Source of the DNA: Octopus sinensis
Lineage: Eukaryota
NCBI RefSeq assembly: GCF_006345805.1
Contig: NC_043015.1
Span: 1,178,001-1,242,000 of the forward strand
Reading direction: 5' to 3'
DNA: 64,000 nucleotides
Shown piece after piece: positions 1 to 13,014 of this stretch (the stretch's first letter is position 1; each line of letters begins with the position of its first letter). Made by a program: the position numbers and the translations under genes. The notes under the pieces were generated by a model that ran no database searches, was not told the DNA's origin, and was given only the letters and a program-made list of their open reading frames with translations.

Positions 1-534
1 AATATTGTCTGATTCATCTTTGCAATTCATATCTCAAGGATCAGCAAATAATGTTCCAAACATGTATATGTGTTGTATCGTTAATTTAACCCTCACCCAT
101 TTGTCTGACATGATCGACATTGCACTGGACTCACATAAAACATACAGAGGTATATAATATTTAGTTGGTTGAAATGATATTCAGATTTTAGTTGTGGTCA
201 ATTATTAATTTCCGCTTTCGTTACTATGAGCATATTTTATAAACGAAAGTGTCATTCAAAATTTAGGTTGATTTAGTTTACATAATCCCATGCTATAATT
301 TGAGTAATCTATTGCCGAAATCATAAATTATGAAGATCTACTTCATAACCACAATTTATTATGCTGTTATTATCAGTTGAAATGCTTTTTCAAAGCAGAA
401 TATGATGAGAACAAATATAAAGCATTACAATCATATTGTTTTAGGATTCAATCTGGTTGCCAATCTTACTTTTCATTCTTTAAGGAAATGCTTGCTATAA
501 TAGAGCAAAATACAATAGCATAACCCAAATATAT

Positions 535-676
535 ATTTCTTTATTACCCACCACGGATTAAACATAGAGGGGACAAACAAGGACAGACAAAGGGATTATG
601 CCGATGACTTCAGTGCGAAACTGGTACTTTATTTATCGACCTCGAAAGGATGAAAGGCAAAGTCGACCTCGGCGGA
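535..676 (-). mobile_element. 5'-truncated tRNA-derived SINE, family E, with ~22-bp target-site duplication
   Basis: Matches the 3' two-thirds of the full copy at 20154-20388. Flanked by acaatagcataacccaaatata (512-533) and acaatagcatagcccaaatata (677-698), one mismatch. Confidence 0.85.
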
Positions 677-1076
677 ACAATAGCATAGCCCAAATATAAT
701 AGAGTCATTAAGAACACAATTCAAACGAATGCTTCAGAAGGGTGGAAAAATTTATTCGCATTTACTTTTGGTTTAGCAAAACAAAGAAAACAACGTAGAC
801 ATATTTAAAAGAACTTTAGACTGCAATTCTTTCGTAAACTTTATTGGTACCGTAATAATTTAATACAATCCATTAGTTTATTATATTTCATGAGAAAGTT
901 TACGTTCATATTAAACTGCTGAAATGCCACCTCAGGTGAAAATCATTTACATTAGTTATAAGTCTGCAATCGCAGATTTTGAAAAAATCACAACCTTTTA
1001 TACAAAAGAGTTTAGTTAAGAAAATGTGGCAGAATAGACACGTTTGATGTCTGTTATCAAAGAATAATGTCGAGTA

Positions 1077-1362
1077 TTTGGTTTGCAAGATTCTTTATGT
1101 GTATTCGTGTGTTGATGCTTATTCTGTTGCGTCCGGGGAGAGTCATTCTCTTTTAGTGCCTTATAATTTAACACGCTCACGGGTAAAATTTACACTAATT
1201 TTTTTTATTTTCCTGAAACTTTCGTTGCGTCTTGCAGTAAAGTTTGCAAGACGCAACGGAACTTTTAGGAAAAGAAAAATAAGAAATTAGAGGACATTTT
1301 ATCGGTTAGTGTGTTAAATTATAAGGCACAAAAAGAAAATCTCTCCCCAGACGCAACAGAAT
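1077..1362. mobile_element. Foldback / MITE-like element with ~115-bp imperfect inverted arms
   Basis: Arm 1121-1236 is the imperfect reverse complement of 1245-1362. The inner 14 bp are perfect (cgttgcgtcttgca / tgcaagacgcaacg) around an 8-nt loop. A related copy lies at 2527-2745. Confidence 0.8.
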
Positions 1363-2069
1363 ATATATGTAAGCAATTTTATCTTTGTATGTATACAATA
1401 GTTCTTCAATACGATAGCATTTAAACAATTAAAATAAACAAGAGAATGCAAAATGAACAAAAGCACTACAACCTCGTAACAATATAATCCGGTCGACTAT
1501 TGCCCACCACCAATACAAGATACAATGAAATATGAAAATCGTGCAAAACGTTTTATTGCGTAGATAAACATAAAGCAAAACGCAGAGACACATATCGAAG
1601 ACCTATACATGTCCATTGTCATGTGTTAGTACACAGCAAATATGCGTGCGAAAAGATGTATACAGGTGTATGCCTGATCGCACGAACAATGGAACAGCAT
1701 AATATGTGCGTGAGTGTTTGTGTGTGTGTATGTGTGGGGGTCTGTTGAATGAGAGGAAGAGAGAGAATCTTTTATATGCATTTGTCTGTGTATATACAGA
1801 GACACGACAGGAATATACGCCCGTATAATCATCAAAGTTTATTTAAATCTGAAATTATTCATTCAAATTATTTAATAATTATTATAACGTGAAATTTTGA
1901 TATCTAGGAGACATAACTCTCGTATTTTTCAATGCGAGGAGCCTATTAAGGTTGTGAATGATCACATGTCGAATATACTCTTGAGGAATTTCCTACCAAG
2001 TTTCATGCAAAAGACCTGGCTTTGAAGATGCTTTCCTATTCTTTTTAGGAAGAGCCCTGTCCAGGTATG

Positions 2070-2162
2070 TGTGTTGAGAGGGATTCTTTGGGGTTTGAAT
2101 AATTCACCTCTGGAAACATGGGTGGTTCTTTCAACATCCTTAAACAACCCTTAATAATAATA
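2070..2162. repeat. Dispersed repeat family G fragment (probable retroelement remnant)
   Basis: ttctttggggtttgaataattcacctctggaaacatggg...caacatccttaaacaaccctta recurs in diverged form at 21320-21390. Class not determined. Confidence 0.55.
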
Positions 2163-2526
2163 AATGCCCTGATGCAATACCAGGCAATGGCTCTCATGGC
2201 TTCTGATCTTAACTGATTGGAAGTGTTATCATGTACATTATTTTGTCTTGGTATAAAAGATGGGCTACAGAGGTGTTCAATAGGGTTTAGATTGCAGCGA
2301 GGATTATCATCCACGCTTCTCTAAAGAAAGAGAAGTGCCCTGTGAGAGAGCCCTCGTCAACCTGAGTGAGTCGATGTGGACTCCTTCCACTCACTGGTGA
2401 ATTACACAATCACGCTGTTAATTGTTGAAAGCAGGATCCCAATTGCTAGAATTTAATTAATTTTAACACTTATAGGTTTTATTAACGGCGTATGCAATTG
2501 GAGATAATATGGATAAGATAGTAATA

Positions 2527-2745
2527 GATTTGTATCAGGTTTGCAAGATACTTTATGTGAATACGTCTGTTAAAACATTTTGTTTTGTCTAGGGTGAGTC
2601 ATTATGCCAATATAATTAACACACACACTGGTTTTATTCTACTCCTTTATTGTCAGTCAGTTGGTTAAAAATACATGTAAGTAATAGAGGAGTGGAATTA
2701 AACAAGTGTGTTAATTATATTTGCACAATGACTCTCTTGATATAA
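2527..2745. mobile_element. Degenerate second copy of the foldback element
   Basis: Starts with ggtttgcaagatactttatgtgaatacg (cf. 1080-1110). The arm gagtcattatgccaatataattaacacac (~2596-2625) pairs with gtgtgttaattatatttgcacaatgactc (~2706-2734). Confidence 0.65.
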
Positions 2746-2989
2746 CAATCATTAAGACTGAGACATAGTCTAAACAGAATACGTGTCTTTCCTTTCTGCA
2801 ATTTTTGTGAATTGATATATATGAAAATTAACGTTTACATTTAACATATAGAGATCTGTTTCTGAGATATTCTATCAAAATATAATTTGCCTGTACAGAT
2901 ATCTTATATATTAGTTGTTTATATTAACAGCCATAGGCAACAGGCAGGGATGTCGGAAAAGTTGTAAAGGCATAGCATTGTGAATATCT

Positions 2990-2991
2990 AC

Positions 2992-3063
<72 letters not shown>

Positions 3064-3156
3064 ATGTGTGTATATATATGCATATTTTTATGTTTGCTTA
3101 AGTGAGAGTGTGTGTGTGTGTGTGTGTGTGTCTGTGTATACAAATACACACAGACG

Positions 3157-3188
<32 letters not shown>

Positions 3189-3215
3189 CACATACATATA
3201 TACACACATATAAAC
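2990..3215. repeat. Compound microsatellite (ATCT)n, (GT)n, (AC)n
   Basis: Direct reading. Confidence 0.95.
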
Positions 3216-3420
3216 AAAAAACGAAGAACAAACACAATAAAAACACAAAAACAAAAACGCGAGGACGTGGTTACTTTCAAATATTATCGGACGCTCAGGA
3301 AAGCAAAGGTGATTTTACGTTTCTAGCAAGGCCCTTTTTCAGTTAACTGAAGGAAGTCCAATAGATGAGGAAGATAGAGGAAAAAAGATCGCCAAAAGAT
3401 CGGAAAAAAGATGTGGTTAG
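3215..3420 (-). mobile_element. Family F1 HHR-bearing ~200-bp element, degenerate copy
   Basis: Shares acgcgaggacgtgg...ggacgctcagga...ttttacgtttc...aaaaaagatcgccaa with the copies at 4200, 4605 and 5421. The HHR core is mutated (CUGAAAA). Confidence 0.7.
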
Positions 3421-3429
3421 GTGTGGTTT

Positions 3430-3641
3430 CTCTGTTACTCTCTGTTACTTGTTTCAGTCATTTGACTGCGGCCATGCTGGAGCACAGCTTTTAGTCGAGC
3501 AAATCGATCCCGGGACTTATTCTTTGTAAGCCCAGTACTTATTCTATCGGTCTCTTTTTGCCGAACCGCTAAGTGACGGGGACGTAAACACACCAGCATC
3601 GGTTGTCAAGCAATGCTAGGGGGACAAACACAGACACACAA

Positions 3642-3688
<47 letters not shown>

Positions 3689-3848
3689 TACGACAGGCTT
3701 CTTTCAGTTTCCGTCAACCAAATCCACTCACAAGGCATTGGTCGGCCCAAGGCTATAGCAGAAGACACTTGCCCAAGATGCCACGCAGTGGGACTGAACC
3801 CGGAACCATGTGGTTGGTTAGCAAGCTACTTACCACACAGCCACTCCT
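3430..3848 (-). mobile_element. tRNA-derived SINE family A (CORE-like centre), full length
   Basis: Minus-strand head aggagtggctgtgtggtaagtagcttgct...gggttcagtcccactg gives A-box/B-box-like motifs. Centre c(a)tcttgggcaagtgtc, internal (TA/TG)n tract, tail aatgactgaaacaagtaa. About 12 copies in the window. Confidence 0.9.
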
Positions 3849-4129
3849 GATTTGTGGCGATAACAAGGAAAAGAGAAAGAAAAGGAAAAAAAGAGTTGAA
3901 GTAGAATAGAAGATAGGTTGAGGGAAGATAGGTCAAACAGGAAGAGTCAGTAAGAAATAATAATGGTTCGCAATCAAAAACAGAAATGGCATATTCCGAA
4001 TGAACAATGTAACGTAATCCGACTGTAGAAAGAATACCGTGAATTAGGTACACCGAAGCCAATTAGAAGGACGGGATTCCGTGTGAGCGTGTGGTAAATA
4101 GTAAATCCCCAAAAGACGAAGAACAAACA

Positions 4130-4345
4130 CAAATAAACACAAAAACACAATAATGCGAGGATGTAGTACAGGTAAAGTATTAGCAAACACTCAGGGTAAG
4201 TAGTATTATTGTACGCTCAGGAAGGAAGGGAACAAGGAGGGTTTTACGTTTCGATCGGAGCTCTTCGTCAGAAACATAGGAAAAGGAAAGATCCAGAGAA
4301 GGGAAGACGGAGGAAAAAAATCGCCAAAGGTACACACGCGGTCAC
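4130..4345 (-). mobile_element. Family F1 HHR-bearing element
   Basis: Near-identical to 5475-5625 over the core; contains the HHR motif at 4241-4275. Confidence 0.8.
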
Positions 4346-4520
4346 ATTTTGATTCATACATATATTTATATTTATATATATATACACATATTTGATAAAC
4401 CATACATGACTATATGTATAAGTCTATATCATTATGTGTACAGTAATATTTCCCCATATCGCGGTTTATTATTTAAGCTTACCTCGATTCCCCCTGTTGT
4501 GTTGTTTACCATTAATTATA
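4201..4520. repeat. ~320-bp duplication of 5475-5795 (F1 core plus ~170-bp extension)
   Basis: Colinear with scattered substitutions, e.g. ccccatatcgcggtttattatttaagcttac present in both. Confidence 0.9.
4241..4275 (-). ncRNA. Minimal type I hammerhead ribozyme motif (short palindromic stem III)
   Basis: Minus strand GUUU-CUGACGA-A-GAGC-UCC-GAUC-GAAA-CGU-A/AAAC. Core complete, stem I GUUU/AAAC, stem II with one mismatch, ACGU palindrome, GUA cleavage triplet. Confidence 0.7.
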
Positions 4521-4536
4521 TATATATATTATATAT

Positions 4537-4604
<68 letters not shown>

Positions 4605-4605
<1 letters not shown>

Positions 4606-4810
4606 GTCAATCCAAACGCGAACAAACAAGAACAAACAACAACGCGAGGACGTGGAATAAGTAGAGTGTTATTGGATGCTCAGGAAAGGAAAGAAAAGAA
4701 AGAGGATTCCATGTTTCGAGCGGAGCCCTTCATCAGAAATATAGAAGAAGTCCAAAGATGGGAAGACGGAGAAAGAAAATCGCCAACGATACACACGCGG
4801 TCACATATTG
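4605..4810 (-). mobile_element. Family F1 element, tandem to the 4130-4345 copy; HHR cleavage site mutated
   Basis: Minus strand CUGAUGA-A-GGGC-UCC-GCUC-GAAA-CAUG at 4711-4737. The 3' end abuts the (TA)n at 4525-4604. Confidence 0.75.
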
Positions 4811-5204
4811 AAAAAAAAATGAAACTCTAAAGCATAAAACTTAGATCTTTTGTAAATTGTGCATATTAAGTGATATCTATCTCTCTCAGTTGATCCTACC
4901 TGTAACGGAAGTATCATGTGTGTGTGTGCGTGTATGTATACATACATACATATATATATAAAATTTTGAAAATAATAAAATCACGCAATCATTTTAGATA
5001 TTTAGAGAAAACGAGTAGGATATATTAACTTTCATAAAGATACACATATACAATATACAGGAACAATGATATATTCATTTATTCATTAGTATGTACGCCC
5101 CCCCCCCGCACACACATCGTACGTACAAACATGCGTACATACATATACATATATGTAGGTGTGTGTGTGTGTTGTATATGCATATATGTATATATATATA
5201 TGTT

Positions 5205-5400
5205 TCAAAATCTGACCTCGTGAGTACCGTTGGCGATTTTTTTTCCTCTGTCTTCCCTTCTCGGAATGTTTCCGACGAAGAGCTCGGCTCGAAACGTTAA
5301 ACCCTCCTTCTTCCCTGCTTTCCTGAGCGTCCAATAATACTATATTTGTTCCACGTCCTCGCGTTTTTTTGTTTTTTTGTGTTTTCTTGTTTGGATTAAC
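5205..5400 (+). mobile_element. Family F1 element (plus strand); HHR with U4C
   Basis: GUUU-CCGACGA-A-GAGC-UCG-GCUC-GAAA-CGU-U/AAAC at 5268-5302. Ends ttggattaac, then (TA)n. Confidence 0.8.
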
Positions 5401-5420
5401 TTTATATATATATATATATA

Positions 5421-5630
5421 GTTAATCCAAAGATGAAAACACGAAGAGAAAACGCGAGGACGTGGAACAAATATAGTATTATTGGACGCTCAGGAAGGAA
5501 GGGAAGAAGTAGGATTTTACGTTTCAAGCGGAGCTCTTCGTCAGAAACATAGGAAAAGGAAAGATCCAGAGAAGGGAAGACGGAGGAAAAAAAATCGCCA
5601 AAGGTACACACGTGGTCACATTTTGATTCA
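5421..5630 (-). mobile_element. Family F1 element, tail-to-tail with 5205-5400
   Basis: Begins gttaatccaa, the reverse complement of 5391-5400. Contains the HHR motif at 5514-5548. Confidence 0.85.
5514..5548 (-). ncRNA. Minimal type I hammerhead ribozyme motif
   Basis: GUUU-CUGACGA-A-GAGC-UCC-GCUU-GAAA-CGU-A/AAAU. Complete core; G-U closes stem II. Confidence 0.7.
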
Positions 5631-5792
5631 TTCATATATTTATATTTATATATATATATACACATATTTGATAAACCATACATGACCATATGTATAAGTC
5701 TATATCTTTATGTGTACAGTAGTATTTCCCCATATCGCGGTTTATTATTTAAGCTTACGTCGATTCTCCTGTTGTGTTGTTTACCATTGATA

Positions 5793-5845
<53 letters not shown>

Positions 5846-6371
5846 GTAAATTATAAAAAGGATTTTTAAAAATGTACTTGAGAATACTGTTTCTACTTCG
5901 CAGATTTTCACTTATTGCGTGGGCTTTTGGAAGGTAACCCTTGCGATAGTCGACGAATGACTGTATATTCCACATATGTGTGTGTGTCTGTGTGTGTGTC
6001 TGAGTGTGCGTGTGTGTGTTCTGGGTATCTGTGTAGGCCCCTGTGTAAATGGCGGGGCAGTAAATATAATCAGTAAAATTTGTTCTAAAACACCAGCAAG
6101 CAATATTATACCTCTTGGGTATAATGCCATTTAGTGGTACAGTACACCTCGTTAATGAATCTCGGATTCTGTACTATACGCACGTTGCGAAAATACAATA
6201 TAAGAAAATAAAATATAAAGTGTTAATATGTAACCTATTCAAAGATTACGAACTAGAAAATTGTTCAAATAAAACCAATAAATATCTGCTTGATACAACA
6301 CAAACTTTTAATGTAAAAATGTAAGGAAAATAAAAATGCGTTTTTGTGTATTTACATATGTGTGTAAATAT

Positions 6372-6715
<344 letters not shown>

Positions 6716-6889
6716 CACTCATACAAACAGACAAACACACATAGTAACACTCACACGCACATATATATATGCACTCTAACAGTGTATAGATGCTCATATA
6801 TGTATGCCCATGTGTGTATGTGTGTGTGTGTGTTGTGTGTGTGTGTGTTTGTCTGAGTGTGGTTGTGTGTGTGTCTATGAGTGTGCGAT

Positions 6890-7189
6890 GGATAGGTTGA
6901 CAGAAAGACAAACATACAGTGAGAGAAAGAGACAGATGAATGGATTGATCGATAGATGAATATAGAGAACGATCGATCGATAAATAAATAAATAGATGGA
7001 TGGATGAATGGATGGATGGATGGATGGAAGGATGGAGGGAAGGATGGATAGATAGGTGGAGGGAGAGAGGGATGGGTGGATGGAAGAATGAATGGATGGA
7101 TGGATAGAAAAAGAATGAGAGAGAGTTAGGTAGACAGACAGATATAGATAGATGGATGGATTGATGGATGGATGGATGGATGGATGGAT

Positions 7190-7272
<83 letters not shown>

Positions 7273-7345
7273 CGGACAGACAGACAGAGATTGACAGACT
7301 GACTGATTTATTGATTGATTGATTGAATGAGAGATACATAGATGG
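6890..7345. repeat. Degenerate (GATG)n/(GATA)n microsatellite
   Basis: Direct reading. Confidence 0.9.
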
Positions 7346-7554
7346 ATAAATTACGTCTTCATAACAGAGACAAATATATTATTTTATAAAGACGATTATG
7401 TTCAATTATTACTAATTCAACTCGCCACAGACTCTAAAGTGCTCGCTTATATATGTCTGAATATATACGTGCTCGTATTTAAGTTTGCATTCACATTTCC
7501 ATTTATATCCGGGTCTTCTAATACCCAAAATTATATGTATAGATACGCATGCAT

Positions 7555-7601
7555 CAAGTGTATATGTATGTATATATGTATGTATATGTATGTATATATG
7601 A

Positions 7602-7634
<33 letters not shown>

Positions 7635-7960
7635 TGTATGTATGTATGTATGTATGTATGTATGTACGTATGTATATATGTACGTATGTCGTATGTATGT
7701 TGTTGAATGTATGTATGCATGTATGTATGTCGTTAAGTACAGCTTTTCCAGTATAAAACTGTCTGACTTCACACTCACATATACAAACATATCTGTGTGT
7801 GTATGCATGTGCATACATACATACATGCCTGCATATATACATACACACACAGATATATATATACATATATATATAAACAAATATATATATAAATATATAT
7901 TTGTATGCAATATATATATATATATACATACACATACACGTGTGTGTACTTTTATGTAAA
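7555..7960. repeat. (TATG)n and (TA)n/(CATA)n compound microsatellite
   Basis: Direct reading. Confidence 0.9.
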
Positions 7961-8909
7961 TGTATATAGAATAGCGCATATTTCCATATGTATAATTATA
8001 CATGCTTGTATACACATGCTAATACATATTATAACAATATATATCTATTGATATTTCCCCAATTATATAATCTTATATGTGTGTATGGGCTTGTATATAC
8101 ATATACCTATGCACCCACACCCACACACACACACATACATATATACACCTTCATACCTTTATGTAATTTTGTGCGGGCTGGTGTGCTTGTATATATATAT
8201 ACATATGTATCTGTATTTATGAAAAATCGTTTAATTAGATATCAGAGCATCAGTTTTATTTAACGTTAAGGAATATGTTTTGAATTATTAAAAATTATTT
8301 TATTCAATTCAGATGTCTCCAAATGTAAACATCCTGAATATTTCTCTTTTATATTCTTAAACTTTTAAACTTTTTCATCTGTGTATTAATATTCTTTTTG
8401 CAGATAATCTTATCCATTATATCTTTGCAATTTAATCTTTTCTATTGGTGAATTCGATTCAATTTTAATGGTATTTTCGGGCATTATGTACTTGTAGTTA
8501 TGTTGTAGGTTATAAAGGAAAGAGAATCAGAGAAGAATATAAGTAATATTTGAAGGGAGAGATAACGAGTAACAGCTAGAAAGATAGAGAGATCTAAAGA
8601 AAAATAAATAGAAAGTGAGAGAGATGGAGAGAGAAATAAAAACTGACAGATAGACAGAGTAAGAGAGACTGGCGGACAGTTAGACAAAGAGAGAGCAGGT
8701 AAATTAATAAGCGGAATCAAGGTACCCTCATGAAGTTATTTCTTTATGGAGTTTTAATTGTCATATTCTACATATTGTTGTATTGTTGCAACTAGTATGA
8801 TACCAATGTTAGTTACAAATGTTTATTTAACAATTATAATAGACGCGCACAAGCGCACCGAAAACCACCGGACACACACTTAGAGAGACACATAAAAGAA
8901 TAAGCAATG

Positions 8910-8957
<48 letters not shown>

Positions 8958-9129
8958 CACAGCTAGCTGTGTGCGCCCAGGCACATAGGTATGTATGCGT
9001 GTGTAAATATGTGTGGCGAAGGAGTGCCAACATATGTATGTGGTGTATGACAGTAGAGAGATAGAAACACACGCACGTATATATAATATAATCATCATTT
9101 AGCGTCCGCTTTCTATGCTAGCATGGGTT

Positions 9130-9451
9130 AAACTATATATATACGTATATATGTATATGTATGTGTGTGTGAGTGTGCGTATGCATACATACATATGGAT
9201 AGATAGATAGATAGATAGATAGATATATAGATAGATAGATAGATAGTCAGACAGGTTGATATATATATATATGTATATACATATATGTATATATGTGTAC
9301 ATATATATATACATATATGTATATATGCATATATACATATATATGTATATGCATATATATATATATATATGCATGTATATATATATATGTATATATGCAT
9401 ATATATATATATATACATATATATATGCATATATGCATGTATATATATATG

Positions 9452-9482
<31 letters not shown>

Positions 9483-9505
9483 ATATGTATGTGTGTGTGT
9501 GTGCT
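9130..9505. repeat. Compound (TA)n/(GATA)n/(TG)n microsatellite
   Basis: Direct reading. Confidence 0.9.
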
Positions 9506-10094
9506 TCTGAGTGTTAGAAAACCTAGCTGTGAGAGAAATATTAATATGTAAACACTTTTCATGCCTTTGATATGCGGTAAAACTTAAGAGGAATCTATTG
9601 ACAGAGCATTTAAATGTTTTGGAGCATATTCCTCAGGGATAACTTACTCAGATTACTGCGGCAAACTATAGGCCCACAAAACTGTCTTTTATCTGCGCAT
9701 CACAAACACAGGAGAAGTGTGTTTAAATTGTTATGTTTCTCTCATATATAGTCCTTCTAATATTTAAGCGTATATTCCTTTGGTGCCTTTTTTGTGATTA
9801 TATATGCATGTATATATGTGCATCTGTATACACACATATATATGTTTCCATATTTAATGTGCATACATATGTATATTTGTGTATTTGTGTGTGTGTGTGT
9901 ATGCCGAGATATGACCATCATTATGACACATGAGCGCAACTTTCTGAATATGATGGATGTTATGTTGTCCCATGCTTATATTCATAGGCATACACAACAC
10001 TCATTTTAGTAATAATACTATCTTACACACACACATACATGCATATGCGGACGCACAGAATTTTAGATATTTTTATAGAGATATAAAAATATGT

Positions 10095-10168
<74 letters not shown>

Positions 10169-10417
10169 ATACATGCACCCTTTTAAAGCCTAGCCTGGCT
10201 GATAGACCCGGTTTCCCGATTTCTATTGCGTATGTGTTCCCCAGCTGGACGGGACGCCAGTCTATCGCAGTGTTACTCATTTTTGCCAGCTGAGTGGACT
10301 GGAGCAAATTAAAGTGAAGTATTTTGCTCAACAACACAACGCGTAGCCCGACCAGGAATCGAAACCACAATCTTACGATTATGATGCTGACACCCTAACC
10401 ACTAATTCACGCGCCTC
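10169..10417 (-). mobile_element. tRNA-derived SINE family B, full length, between (TA)n tracts
   Basis: Minus-strand head gaggcgcgtgaattagtggttagggtgtcagc...ggtttcgattcctgg; centre ttgctccagtccactcagctggcaaaaatgagtaac; tail aggctttaaaagggtgca. Matches 24687-24945. Confidence 0.9.
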
Positions 10418-10427
10418 TACATATATA

Positions 10428-10461
<34 letters not shown>

Positions 10462-10470
10462 GATATATAT

Positions 10471-10559
<89 letters not shown>

Positions 10560-10839
10560 TTATATATATATAACGTATTCTTCCATTCATGGATAATGTT
10601 TTTATTTTTTTCTGTGCTTTCTTTCATGTGTCTCTCTGCACCCAAATCACGTCGAGACACATACCGATTATTCTATTACTTAATTATTTTAAACCAATTA
10701 GAAACAATGCATTTGAGATCATATCAGCAATTACGCAAATTAAATATGCATAAGCTTTAGTGAATCATACCAAATATTGTAGTCGAGTAACTACTATCGA
10801 CCGAGATTAGTTAAAACTTTGGTTGATGATGTCTTCGTC

Positions 10840-11115
10840 TTGCCGAAATGCTTGGCATCATTTCGTCTGTCTGTACGTTCTGAATTCAAATGCCGCTGAG
10901 GTGGACTTTGTCTTTAAAGCCGTGAAGTGGCAGAATCGTTAGCTCGCTGGGTAAAATGCTTAGCCTCATTCCCTCCGTTTTTATGTTCCGTGTTCAAGTC
11001 CCATGGAGGTCGATTTGCTTTTATCGTTCGGGATCGTTACTTGGGAGACTTGGGTCAGTGATATCGATTTATCAACTTCCCCGAAATTGCTGTCTTTGTA
11101 CCAAAATTTGAAACC
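10840..11115 (+). mobile_element. Family E SINE: partial copy followed by a degenerate full copy
   Basis: ttctgaattcaaatgccgctgaggtggactttg, then gtggcagaatcgttagc...gttcaagtccc...gaggtcgatttgc. Confidence 0.65.
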
Positions 11116-11249
11116 CTTTTCTCACTCTTGTAGTTTCGAAAAGATAACAAGTGCATGCAATGGTATTGAATTCAAATAATATCACATGAATTAAAGGTTA
11201 CTCGATTCAAATAAATTTTAATTTGAGGGCATCATGTTGTTGTTCCTAA

Positions 11250-11460
11250 CCAGGGAAATTGTCAGAACGCCTGGCGAATATCTCAGTGATGTTTCGTCGT
11301 GAGTTTATATTCGAATTTACTTTCTCAAATTCAGCCAAGGTCGATTTACATTCAACATTCGGGATCGATAAAATGAGACACAAATTAGTTCTGGGGTCGT
11401 CGTAATAGAATATCTCTTTCTTCTCAACTTTCAGACCTTGTGTCTACTGCAGAAATAATT
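11250..11460 (+). mobile_element. Highly degenerate family E SINE
   Basis: Residual tcaaattcagccaaggtcgattt...cgggatcgataaaatgag...ctggggtcg blocks. Confidence 0.5.
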
Positions 11461-11862
11461 ATATTTGGCTGTTTTATTAATTTATAACGTCCGGTTTTTC
11501 ATTTTCTTTTCCAGAACAGATAAATGAAGACCCGATTTCAAAATATAATCTCCTCTGTCACCATTGACAAATTTCAGGCATGATTATTACCATGTGTTAT
11601 ATCTGGTACTAGAATAAAGAAATAAAATTGGTCGTATTTATTATGATTTAATACCGGTGGCTAAAAATCATCAGAGCAATAGAAAGTTTGCATATTGTAT
11701 TACTTAGCATGTACAAACTATAGAAATAAGATATTGTTTGATAAATATTCAGGTTAGTAACTCCGAGCAAGATCTTTGATGAAATTTATTCAAATTGTGA
11801 CTGAAACACTGTTTTGTATCAAATATAATTTATGTGCAATTATAAAATATCGAGTGTGCTTT

Positions 11863-12022
11863 GTCAGTGGTAAGAAGCTTGCTTACAAACTACATGGTTC
11901 CGGGTTCATTCCCACTTAGTGGCACCTTGGGCAAGTTTCTTCTACTATAGCCTCGGGCTGACCAAATCCTTGTGAGTGGATGTGGTAGACAGAAACTGAA
12001 AGAAGCAGTCGTATATATGTAT

Positions 12023-12083
<61 letters not shown>

Positions 12084-12335
12084 ATATATATATATATATA
12101 TAAATATGTGTGTGTGTGTATGTGTGTGTATGTTTGACACATCGCTTGAAAACCGATGTTGGTGTGTTTACGTCCCCGTCACTTAGCGGTTCGGCAAAAG
12201 AGACCGATAGAATATGTACTAGGCTTACAAAGAAAAAGTCCTGGGGTGGATATGCTCGACTAAAGGCGGTGCTCTAGCATGGCCACAGTCAAATGACTGA
12301 AACAATTAAATGAGAGTAAAAGAGAGTAAAGAGAG
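11863..12335 (+). mobile_element. SINE family A
   Basis: Head gtggtaagaagcttgct...gggttcattcccac; centre accttgggcaag; tail aaatgactgaaacaa; expanded internal (TA)n. Confidence 0.9.
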
Positions 12336-12824
12336 AATAATTTAAACGTAATATTTTGTATATATTTTTCTAAAACATGATCGAGATACTACTAAGTCTC
12401 TTCCATCATTTTCTAGCGTTTTTGTAAAGAATTAAAGGACATGGAAATATAATAAAACAACATTTACCATTAAGTAAAAAATGGACAGGCGATCAAATCT
12501 CGCTTGACTCTTATCTACCGCCTGAATTCCGTTTTTTTATGAAGGTTGAATTTAACCGTCCGTGAAACACATTGCCAAACTATTTCAAGGATATTGTTGT
12601 CGTAGATAAATATCTCAAAGTAGGTCGACTTAGACACAATGGATTATGCACTCACACTCGTGCACACTCCCACACACTCGTATATAATTGTGCAAGGGTG
12701 GTTGAACATCCATCTATCACTAAGTATATAGTTATATATATATTTAAGTGCGTGTGTGTAACTTTTACTATTAATGCATGTTATGCATGTGTACATATAT
12801 ACAGGCACATGTATACATGAATAT

Positions 12825-12985
12825 ATATTTTTTTCTCTCCTTGTTTTTTTCTGTGTATCGTTCTGTCGAAGAGCGTAGGATCGAAACATAAAATACTTTT
12901 TCTATTCCTGAGCGCTATACTAATACATTTGTTTGTTTTATCCACCTGCCTTCGTCTTTTGTTTATTTTCGTAAACTTTCCCTTT
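12825..12985 (+). mobile_element. Family F2 HHR-bearing element, degenerate
   Basis: CUGUCGA-A-GAGC-GUAG-GAUC-GAAA-CAUA at 12863-12890. Downstream ttcctgagcgctatactaatacatttgtttg...ccttcgtcttttgtttattttc matches 41350-41440. Confidence 0.75.
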
Positions 12986-13014
12986 ATAAAGATATATATA
13001 TATATATATATAAT

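Noticed and set aside
11495-11585. Strong splice-acceptor-like site ttttcattttcttttccag
   Set aside because: All frames close within ~70 nt and there is no clear GT donor; unsupported without RNA data.
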